The notes beneath the pieces were generated by a model that had not been told where the DNA came from, searched no databases, and saw nothing but the letters and a program-made list of their open reading frames with translations. The translations under genes were made by a program, and so were the position numbers. Positions 54,001 to 64,000 of a stretch of DNA of 64,000 nt are shown here, piece after piece (the first letter of the stretch is position 1; each line of letters starts with the position of its first letter). This stretch comes from Azolla caroliniana (Eukaryota > Plantae > Polypodiophyta). The stretch lies in contig JBHGNT010000018.1 of NCBI GenBank assembly GCA_043228905.1, forward strand, positions 5,332,001 to 5,396,000. Direction: 5' to 3'.

Positions 54001-57000
54001 AGTTGGGACGGAGAAAACCGGTCCAGCCTTCATTCCCCGCGCGTCGGTTCTTCCTCGGTTTCGGATCGTTCATCGTCGCGGTCCACGTCAACCGGATCCG
54101 GCTTGTCGTCGTGACGCTTCTTGAACGCTTTGATCTGCTTCCCCGCTACCGGTATCGCCATTCTCGTACCGTCGAGTTCCGCCAGATGGTACGTCCCGTT
54201 GTCGTTGGCGCTTTGTACCACGTAAGGCCCGAACCACCTTCTTGCGAACTTCCGTGTCGCTCGGTGCTGGTTGTCGAGGCTGCTGTCGTAGACTAGCACC
54301 CAATCGCCTTCCTCGATCTTCTTCGGTCGGAGCCGGTGCGTCCGGTCGAACCGGGATTTGTTCCCCGTCCTGGCCACCCGAAGCTTTTCCGCAGCCTGCT
54401 CCACGTCCTCCGGTCTTTGCTCGAGCTGTCGTATGCGCGCCGTCAACAGTTCCTCCCGGCTCATCTCGTCTCTCCAGTCCACGGTTGCCCATGAGGAGAT
54501 CGTACGTTCCATCGGCATGATCGGCTTTTGCCCAAACATGAGCTCTGCCAGCATGAATCCGGTTACCGAACTGTGCGTAGTTCGGTCCGCCCACAACGCG
54601 TAAGGCAGCAGCCGCGGCCAGTTCCCGACTTGACCTCCACATGCCCGAACTAACGCCTTGACGATCGGCCCGTGTCCGCGCTCCACCTTCCCATTCGCCT
54701 CCGGATTATACGCAGTGGTAAGCGAGAGCTTGACTCCTAGCCGGTCGAACAGCTCCTCGGCCTCTTCGGAGTCCAACTCCCCGCGATCAGCCACGATCTT
54801 CCCAACGCACCCGTACCGGCATATCACGTCCTCAATCAGGAACCGACATACGGCCGCGGTCGTTTTGTTCTGAAGGGCCCGGCCTTCTACCTGGTTCGTC
54901 AGATCTTCCCGAGCCAGGACCAGATACCGCATCTGTCCTACTCCCATCGGCATCGTCACCAGGTCTACCATCCATTTGAAGTGGATGGTCGGAGGGTACG
55001 TAGGGTGAAGCTCGTCCCGATGTCGGACTACGGAGTGCATCTGACAGCTCTCGCAAGTCATCACGAACCGATGCACGTCCCGGTACAGTCCCGGCCACCA
55101 GTACTTCCCCTTTATCTTCTCGAACGTGGCCCACGTTCCACGGTGTCCAGCCCAGGGGCTGTCGTGGTAGGCCGTCAGCAGCTCCTCCTGTTCTTCCCTC
55201 ATCGCCACCACCCGGAGCGGGACGCCGTTCCTCTTCTTCGGGTGCTTCCATAAGTATCCGTCCCGGAGAAAGAATCGGTAAGCTTTCTTCCGGATCCGGT
55301 TGGCCTCGTCCTTCGTCCATGACGCATCCGGCGTCATTGTCCTCAAAAATCCACCGATCTGGAGCCACTCGCCGTCGTACCTGCTCTCGTCGAAGCCGTT
55401 AAGTGCCGGAGTGCTCGTCCCATCGGTCGTCACGTACGCCGCCTCGAAGAAGTCCACGCCGACATCTTCGTCCTCCGAAACCATGCCGCCCTCGTCATCA
55501 AACCTCGCCCTCGAAAGCATGTCGGCCATGGCGTTGTCCTTTCCGGAAATGTGCCGTATTGCCGGGTCCAGGGACTTGATGTACGCTATCCACCTGAGCA
55601 TCGCCAGGTCCGGTGTTGCGCATCCGGAAACCATGCCGAGAATTGGCAGGCAATCCGTCTCGATAATCATTTCCGTCCCGATCAGGTAGTCTTTGTCGGA
55701 CTTTACTGCCGAAACGATACCCCAGAGTTCGCGTTTAACCTGGGCGTACCCTCGTTGTCGCTCACTGAGGACCTTCGCGCCGAATCGGATCGGGAACCGA
55801 ATGCCGTCCCCATCTTCTTGGTTGACGACCCATCCGATCCCGGTCGGACTCGTATCCACCGTTATGTATACCGGGGTACCCTTCTCGTAGACAGCCTTCC
55901 GGAGCGCCGGTGCTGCCGCAAGAGCTTCCTTCAGCTTCTGGACTGACTCCATGTGCTCGTCTCGCCACTCGAATTTTCGCCCCTTTTTCAGCAACCCGTA
56001 TAGCGGCTCCGCAACGTGGGCGTAATGCGGGATCCATATGTGGTAGAACGTGCATGCCCCCAGGAACCTCCGAACTTCCGTAACTGAGCTACAGTCGGTC
56101 TTCATCGCGGAGATGGCTTCTACCTTTGCCGGAGACGGCTTCCGGCCATATGGTCCACATAGGTGTCCAACCACTAGGATTTCCGATTGCCCGAAGGCCG
56201 ATTTCTCCCCGGAGAAGGTGAGCCTCGCATCCTCTAGCCTTTGTAGCACCTTCTCGCAGTCGTCGATGTGTGTCGCCACGAATTGCCGGCATCCGTCCGG
56301 CCCGACTGTCTCGTCCTTCTCTTCCACCGGGCACCCCTTGATCGGGATGTAGTCTAGAAACGGCATGGTGATGTCCGGGATGCAATCCCTCAGTACCTTG
56401 TTCATTGCATTCACCATGTGGGCTACCGAGTTGGTCCCTCCTTGTGGCAGGGTACACATTCGCACCAGGCCGAGGGGAGTTCGCATCGTCGTAATGTCTC
56501 TGCTCTCCACGGCTAGCTAGAACTGGTCGTACCCGGAGTACAGATCACCGACTGAGTAAATCGACCTTCCGGTGAAGGCCTCTGCGAACTCGTCTATGGT
56601 CGGTCCAATTCCTGCGTTCCGAATGGTCACTCTGTTGACCGGCTGCAGGTCCTGAATGAAGCGCAATGTTCCGTTTTTCTTTGGTACGGTAAACCATCGG
56701 TTCGAGTATGGGGCACTCCACGGTTCGAGAATGCCCATATCGACTTTTTGCCTCAATAGCTCCATCAACTTCGGGATGTTAGCTCTCGGTACTGGAATCG
56801 GCTTGAGATTCCACGGCACATGTGGTACCGTGAATATCACCATCGGCTCCACAATCGTCGGGTCTACGCACCCGATCTCTTCCGGCGAAAACGCGAAGGC
56901 TTTCCCGTGCCTTCCGAGCATTCTCCGAAACCGGTCTTCCTCCGCCAGCAGTAGGAACCCGCCCCCACCGATCTTGAGCTCCCGGAGCATCCCGTCGGTG

Positions 57001-57466
57001 AAGGTGTGTCCTATGCAGGCCGGATCTCGTAAACTGGGGTCCGACGCAACCCCTCTGATTCGGGACTCGCTGCCCTCCGGTAAGGGTGCCGCGCCGGGCC
57101 TTACCTTCCGGGCCACAGTCTTGTACTTCGTGCTAACTCGGGCCGTCCGATCCGACCCGAGCCCCCGACTGAAGTTCGCGATGACTTTGTACATCTCTTC
57201 GGAACATACCGGTATCGTCCGGTCTTCGTTAAGGTCTTCTCCGGCTACCTCCCCCAGCATTCCCAAGGTGTCATCAAAGGAGACCGCCTCCACGGCTCCG
57301 TTGATTTCCTCGTCCGGGTCGAGAACTCCGCACGCTCGAAGTCGCACTTCCGCCCTTGTCTTTTCTCGACCGACGATGCCAACTATCATACACCCTCTGT
57401 TGTTGGAGAAGCAGAATTTCCTACTTATCGTACAGGGTTCCTTCGGTTTCGGTTCTATCGTACAGT

Positions 57467-57533
57467 CGTGGGGTCTTTCCCGAGTGTCCGGGCTGTCTCG
57501 GCCCCACGCCTTTGAAGCCCTCTCTAAAAATCC
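57467..57533 (-). promoter_or_regulatory. Putative -1 ribosomal frameshift signal between PR and RT of E
   Basis: G GAT TTT TAG at the gag-PR stop; the -1 frame is open into RT; 6-nt spacer then pseudoknot-compatible stems. Confidence 0.7.
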
Positions 57534-59672
57534 TCCCGGTTCTCGCCACCGAGGGATTCGCGGTTTCTCTCGTGGTTCGGCCGCACCGTCAGAAATTGGA
57601 CCGAATGGCGCCCGTCCTGGCTTTTGACCCTCACGTAGGCCGAACCGTTGTCTAGCACCTTGGTCTCCATCCGCGCCGCCGTGATGTATGGTTCACCTAA
57701 TATGACCGGGTGCGAGGACGTCTCCTGTACGAAGAAGTGCTGGTCAATCTCGACGTCGCCGATCTTGACTCGCACGTTCGGGCAGGCCCCATGCAGTTCC
57801 TCGGTGGCGCGCGTCGCCGCCCGTATCTTCCACCCGTGCTTGGTGTTGATCGGCCATTTTCCCTTCTTATAGAAGTCCATGGACATCAGGTTTATTTCCG
57901 AACCGTGGTCCACTAGTGCCACCACTGGTTCCTGAACATCTCCGATCTTTACCGGGGTCTCCGTGGTCGCTCGGGCCCAGTGTGGCCTTGAATAGTGGCT
58001 CTCCGCCCACTCATCTTCCAGCGCCATGTCGTCGATGCGCGTCGTCCGCACCTCCACCGGTCTTTCCGGTTCCGTCTCCGTCGACAGCCTCTTTCGTTTC
58101 ACCAAGTCCACAATGGAGTCGTGGAACTCTTTCTTGGCGATCCCTAGCACCTCCCGCAATGACAGCTCCACTTTGCTGTCGAGGATCCGTTCTTCTAGGA
58201 CCTTTCGTAGGTCCGTAGTCCTTTCTATTTCTGTCCCCAGTCGGTATCCGCCCTTCTTGGGGTTATCTTGCGAGCTGGGCGCACCGGCATCGTTCCGTCG
58301 CTGCCCGAACCGGGTCTCGTACCGTTGTGAGGGCCCAGTCGCTTCGGCTTTCCCCACTCGTTTGTCTTCTACCAGAGCCTCGTAGTTCCGGCAGGCGGCT
58401 TCTACGAAGCCCGTCTTCTCCTCGACCGGATCAATCCACCCGGTTACTTCCCGGACCCGTCTCTCGGCGCGGTCCGCTTCGTCTTTCCTCAACCGTGCGC
58501 CGGCCAGGACTTCCAGCATTGCCGACCAGAATCCGTCTTTGCTCTCCTTTCGGGCCTCGCTGCCCCTGACCCGAATGCCGGCCGACGCCGAGTAGTGGAT
58601 GGCCTCCACGTGTCGGGCCGCTGCCTCTTCCATCAGTCTCTTCATACCTCCTCGCCCGTCGTTTCGGTTTAGGGCCCTTCTGGTGTCGTCGGCGTGCACC
58701 CGACCTTCCCACAGGTACACCACCCGGTTCCTCAACGCCTCTGCGAAATCGCCGCAGTCCTTCTGAATGTGGCCGACCTCGTCGCACCACATGCACCTGT
58801 TCCCTGCTGCCGGCCGTCGGTCACGAGCCGGTTCGCCGCCTTCCCTTCGAGTCTGGGCGATCTAGAGATCCTTTATCGCCTGCGTCAACTCCTCCAGCGC
58901 TGCTCCTCCGGACGAGCCATTGACCATGCGGGTCGAAGCCGGACCGGTTTCGAGCCATTCCCGGGTTTCTTCCCTTCGCCCTTGCGGTGCCGGTTCAAGC
59001 CTCCTTGTTGTGACTGAGCCCGCACCGGCCGCCCCGTTGTCAGCCCATTCCCGCCGTTTGTCGAAACGGCCACAGACTCTCTTAACCGCAGCCCAGTCGG
59101 TCGTCAGCCCGTCTTCGGTTTCCAGCAAGGAGCCGACTTGATCCCGGGCCCGCTCGTCCACCGACTTGACGAACAGTAGGACCCGGCTCATATCCAGAAC
59201 GGTTCGGTCAAGCGCCGAAAGGCGCGCAAAGCGTTCTTCGAACTCCCGGAGGAGTGCCGATGCGTTTCTTCCCTTGCCGGGGGACTCCACCCATTCCATG
59301 AAGTCTTGTTTCGAATGCCGGAGCGCGTCGTCCAACCCGTATTTTTCTAGGAGTCGGCCTTCGAACTCCTCCCTGGTACGGCTCTCCGCCCGCACCTCGA
59401 GCACCTCCGCATGGATGCTCGGCATCGCCACTCGAGGAAACTCGGCAAGACGCCTCTCTTCCGGAATGTCCCGCATCAGCATTTCTGCCCCGTAGGACGC
59501 CAAATACTTCGTGGCATCCTTTCCGCTGAACCGGCCGATCGTACCGACGACCGCCTCAATGGCTCTGTCGAGGGCGTTCGTGCCCTCGCGTGCACTCAAT
59601 ATCCGATCCACTGCTGAAGCCATGGCCTCTGCAAGATCCGACCCCTTCATCTTCTGCTCTTCTGCCGCCTCC

Positions 59673-59690
59673 TTCACGTCGGGTTCACCA
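59673..59690 (-). promoter_or_regulatory. PBS of E complementary to tRNA-Trp
   Basis: Plus strand TTCACGTCGGGTTCACCA matches the 3' end of plant cytosolic tRNA-Trp as I recall it; 3 nt from the 5' LTR. Confidence 0.8.
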
Positions 59691-60862
59691 AGATGTGGAG
59701 GTTTTCCTCGCGGATGCGTGGAATGAGGCGGGACCTCAGGGGTCCTGTACCGAAGAGCAAGAGAGAAAGGACAAGAAACCCACTACGTGCGAACATAGAT
59801 TCACAGGGACACGGCCCTTCGTCACAAAGACGCGAGTGGGACAGCGACACAGAGAGACACGAATGTATGTATGTATTAACAAAGACAACAACAAGAACAC
59901 GGAAGCAACAAAAACACGAAGTCGGTTACAACCGAACAGGCCGGCGAACAGATGCCGATGCCTGTTTGTAAACGCACAGAAAGACAGGAGCAGGTTGGAG
60001 GTGCTGCCGGAAGCACTCGGGCATTCCTCAGCGTAGCGCGAGCCTCCCGAAACCTACACAGAAGGAAGCTATCGAGTTTGCAAACTAGAGAGAGAGAGAG
60101 AAGCCTTCGCACGCAAACCGACAGCACTTCGTCCTCGACTCTCCGCGATCCCTCTCCCCTCCTTGTCTCCCTCCTTTTATAGGCAAGGAAGGAGCCGTTT
60201 CCTATTAACTTCCTACCTACCGAGGATCTTCTATGTACAACATAAGGCGCACGTGTATGAAGAGCCGGTTCCTACGCTCCGGTGCACCGATTCCGCTTGT
60301 GGACGGGTTTCTTCACGACAAAGCGATGAGCACACCAAAATAATCCACACACGGACGTGCCAAGAAAAACGGTGTCGTGCCTTACGGCTCCGGATCATTG
60401 CGTGAGTCGGGTGGGAACCGCTGGGGTTTTGGACTAGGAGGAAAGAAAATTCTAAGGCAATTAAGAATATGAAATATATTGTAAGAAAGAAAGATATGAA
60501 AAACTCGTGAATCTCACGAGTATAGTGTATTAGTGAGTACTCAAATTAAGAGAGAAAAAAATAGTTAGCAAACTTGTGGATCCCACGATTATAATATATT
60601 AATCAACCCTTGTAAAATAATCAACAATCTCTATACATCTTTCTCTCTTCTTTATATAGCGTTGGAAGAGTCTAAGCTTATCACATGCAAGCATCATGCT
60701 TTTCCTATCTTTAGTTTTTATGCACACTGCATGTGCATGATTAGCTTTCTAACTCATCTTTTCTTTTTTTAATTCGAGTGTCTATGCATGAATAACTTTT
60801 TTGTACCATGCATGTCTAGAATATTTACATGGGATAAAGTTTAGTATAACTTTAAAATTCAT

Positions 60863-60930
60863 AATACGCTAGTATAATGATAAGGCTTAACATTATTAAC
60901 ATGGAGGTGCAAGGTTCGAATCTTGCCCTA
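60863..60930 (+). promoter_or_regulatory. tRNA-like A/B-box cassette in the LTR of F
   Basis: TAGTATAATGATAAG (60870; tRNA A-box-like with two G>A changes) and GCAAGGTTCGAATCTTGC T-arm/B box (B box at 60913), 43 nt apart; antisense to the element. Confidence 0.6.
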
Positions 60931-60989
60931 TGCATGTAATATATAATTTTATACTTTCGTCTATTTACAAATATGTCTCTTCATCTGGT

Positions 60990-61220
60990 GAGAGACTCTC
61001 ACCGGCCTCCTTCATCCGGCTCTTGCCGGTTCTGCTTCATCCGGCTCTCGCCAGTTTTCTTTATCCGGTTCTCGCCGGTTTTCTTTATCCGGTTCTTACC
61101 GGATCCTCCTTACCGGTCCTCTTCGTCCGTTTCTCACCGACTCTCACGGGCCTTCTTCATCCGGCTCTTGCCGGTTCTCCTTACTGGTTTCGGTCCTCAC
61201 CGGTTCTTCCTTCCGGTTCT
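60990..61220. repeat. Degenerate CCGG-rich short-repeat array in U3 of F
   Basis: Repeated ttcatccggctct / tttatccggttct / gccggttct motifs. Confidence 0.85.
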
Positions 61221-64000
61221 CATTGGGTACTCCATATCCTATCCAGAGAAACCAAAAATGTAATTTTTCACGTAGTGTGTGAATTACACTACGACACTCG
61301 CCCCCTCCGAATCCGCACATCCTCCGGTATGTGTCGAAGTCCCCGATGCTTGCTATTCACCTTCATCTGAAGCTTCCTCCAATTCTCCCCTTAAGTCGAT
61401 TATGAGTTGTAATCCACTTTCCTCGCTTTCCGCATCATCGCGATCTTCGTTCGATTGCTCCTTCTTGTCGGTCTTGTCTAGGATCACATAGGGTTCTTCT
61501 TCAGTCCGCTTCTTGAAAATCTTTACCTGTTTCCCGGCTACAGGCACTCATAGCATTGTTCCATCCAACTCGCATAGTCGGTAAGTTCCGTTGTCGAAAA
61601 CTTTACGAACCTTGTATGGCCCGAACAACCTTTCTGTGAACTTCCGCATCGTGGTATGTTGATGATCCAAAATACTCTCGTAGACAATCACCCAATCTCC
61701 TTCTTCAATCTTCCACGGTCGTAGTCAGTGCTTTGTGTCGAATCAGCTTTTATTCCGGAATCGCGCTTCTTGTTGTCGGCGTATTGCTTCCGCTATGTCT
61801 TCCGGTCTTCCCTCTAGTTGTCGTATCCGGCGTAATTCTTCTCGGCTCATCTCTTCCTTCCACGGTAGCACTGTCCATGTCGCGATTGCGGTTTCCGTTG
61901 GCATTACCAGTGCTTGTCCGGTCATGAGTTCTGCCGACATGTAACCGGTTATGGAGCTATGTGTCGTCCGATCCGCCCATAGTGCATACGGAAGCATCTG
62001 TGGCCAATCCTTCAGCCTTCCATCACATGCCTTCGCAAGTGCTTTGACAATCGGACTATGTCCTCGTTCGATTTTCCCGTTGGCTTCTGGATTGTATGCC
62101 GTTGTCACTGTTAACCGAACTCCATGTTTAGTGAAGAATTCCTTAGCTTTATTAGAGTCGAGTTCTCCCTGATCCACAATCACTTGTCCTACGCACCCGT
62201 AACTGCAAAACACTTCTTCCAAAAGGAATTGGCATACCGTAGAACACGTTTTCCTCCGTAGCGCCCGACCTTCTACTTGGTTTGTGAAATCTTCCCGAGC
62301 TAACACCAAGTACTTCTTTTGTCCGATCCCGGTTGGCATGGCTACAATATCGACCATACATTTGAAGTTGATTGTTGGTGAGAATGTCGGATGTAACTCA
62401 TCTCGGTGTCGAACTTCGGAGTAGATTTGAAACTTCTCGCAGCTTTCCGTGAAATCCGCTATATCTTTGTGCATGTTCTTCCACCAATATTTTTGTTTGA
62501 TTTTCACAAAAGTTGCCCATGTTCCTCGATTTCTAGCCCAATCAGATTCGTGAAATTCGGACATTATCCGGTTTCGTTGCTCTTTCGTCCCGACTACTCG
62601 AAGTGGTATGCCATCTGATCTTTTCGGCTCTCTCCATAGTAATCCACTTTTCAAGAAGAACTTTCGGACTTGCCGCTTTTTACTTCGAATCTCGTCTCTC
62701 TTCTCTTTATTGTCCGATGATTCCTCGATTTCTTGTAGCACTTTCCCGATCAGCAAGCTTTCTCCCTTGTATTCTTCTTCCCGGAATTCTCGGATTACAT
62801 TCACCCGGCATATGTGCTCTGAAGCAAAGTAGTCTTCGGAAACTTCTTCATTATCGGATTCGGTTATGTTATCTCCGAACCACGCCCTTGATAACATATC
62901 CGCTACCGCGTTGTCTTTTCCGGAGATGTGTCGTACCTCCGGATTAAGCGACTTAACATATGCAATCCATCTTAGCATAGCCACATCCGGTATCGTGCAA
63001 CACCGCATCATCTCGAGTATCGGAAGACAATCCGTTTTGATCACTACTTCGGCTCTGATTAAATAATCTCGATCCGATTTGATTGCTGACACGACTCCCC
63101 ATAATTCTCTTTTAACTTGTGCATATCCTCGTTGCCTTTCGTTAAGAACCTTCGCTCTGAATCGGATTGGATATCGCGAACCTTCCAGATCGGCTTGATT
63201 GATGACCCATCCGATTCCGGTTGGACTTGTGTCAACCGTTACTATGATCGGTTGGTCAAACTTCGGCTTCTTTAGTGCTTCTGCCCTCCGTAGTGATTTC
63301 TTGAGCTTCTTCACGGCTTTGGTATGCTTCGGTTTCCATTCAAACTTCTTACCCTTCCGCAACAAGTGATAGACTGGGTCCGCTATATGTGCATAGTGCG
63401 GAATCCATATGTGGTAAAATGCACATGCTCCAAGAAACCTTCAAACTTCGGATTGTGACTCGCATACTTTTTTCATAGCTTGAATCGCGTCGAATTTGGT
63501 TGGTGACGGTCTTCGGCCGTAGGGCCCACATAGATGTTCGACTACCAATATTTCTTCTTGCCCGAATGCTGATTTCTCACTGGAAAGTGTTAGGTGCACA
63601 TCTTCTAACTTTCGAAGCACTTTCTCGCAATCGCGAATATGGTCGACTACGAACTTTCAGCATCCCCGATCATCCATAGTTTCATCTTTTTCTTCTACCA
63701 CGCATCCTTTCATTGGAATGTAATCTAGGAACTGCATCGTTATCTTCGGAATGCAATCTCGAAGCACCTTGTTCATCGCATTCATCATATGTGCGACCGA
63801 GTTCGTCGCGCCTTGTGGTAGCGTACACATCCGGACTAATCCTATCGGTGTCGCATGGTAGTGATGTCTCGGCTCTTCACAGCTAGTTGGAATTGGTCAT
63901 ATCTGGAGTATAGGTCTTCGATGGAGTATATCGCGTGACTGGCAAATGCTTCCGCAAATTCGTCTACTATCAGACCAACTCCGGAGTTCCGGATTGTGAC

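Larger units (their letters stand above)
53330..60320 (-). mobile_element. Ty3/gypsy non-chromovirus element E, tRNA-Trp primed, near full length
   Basis: 627-bp LTRs 53330-53956 and 59694-60320; PPT ggtgggggcgga; gag-PR 59650-57524 (in-frame stop 58862; PR LVDHGSE); RT-RH-INT 57527-54030 (in-frame stop 56517); no chromodomain; TSD at best ACGC/AAGC. Confidence 0.92.
60373..64000 (-). mobile_element. Ty3/gypsy non-chromovirus element F (relative of E), 3' part; continues beyond window
   Basis: RT-RH-INT homologous to E (DTSPTGIGWV, TTAYNPEANGK), degenerate; PPT ggagggggcgag at 61297-61308; probable 3' LTR 60373-61296 with TGTCGT…ACGACA termini (left end unconfirmed). Confidence 0.85.

Noticed and set aside
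56656-57627. 323-aa antisense ORF in E and many other antisense ORFs in C, D and E
   Set aside because: Expected shadow ORFs in GC-rich coding DNA; no recognisable motifs

Overview
Plant nuclear DNA, probably a non-seed plant such as a fern (inferred from the retroelement lineages, not proven). Bases 1-38.4 kb hold a cluster of intronless G-type lectin (SD2-like, non-RD) receptor kinases. Three are intact (2370-4892 +, 7895-10411 -, 13770-16412 -) and two are pseudogenes. Genes 1 and 2 are the arms of a ~8.8 kb inverted duplication. The rest is nested LTR retrotransposons, most with TSD-defined ends. Copia A (inside pseudogene 4) contains chromovirus B, which contains an intact, very young copia C. 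Copia G contains a solo LTR and RT-less copia H, which contains copia D. Two non-chromovirus gypsy elements follow (E, primed by tRNA-Trp; F, truncated by the window end). The most unusual signals are in the LTRs and expression signals. (i) Antisense tRNA-like A/B-box cassettes sit in the U3 of two unrelated gypsy elements. (ii) A CCGG-array U3 module is shared between copia C/D and gypsy F. (iii) B has an 11-nt Tf1-type self-priming site. (iv) E has a -1 frameshift cassette (GGAUUUU plus pseudoknot) between protease and RT. (v) Three elements show D-to-Y changes in the RT catalytic motif. (vi) There is an apparent gag capsid swap among copia A/C/D. All alignments were done by eye; no database searches were run.
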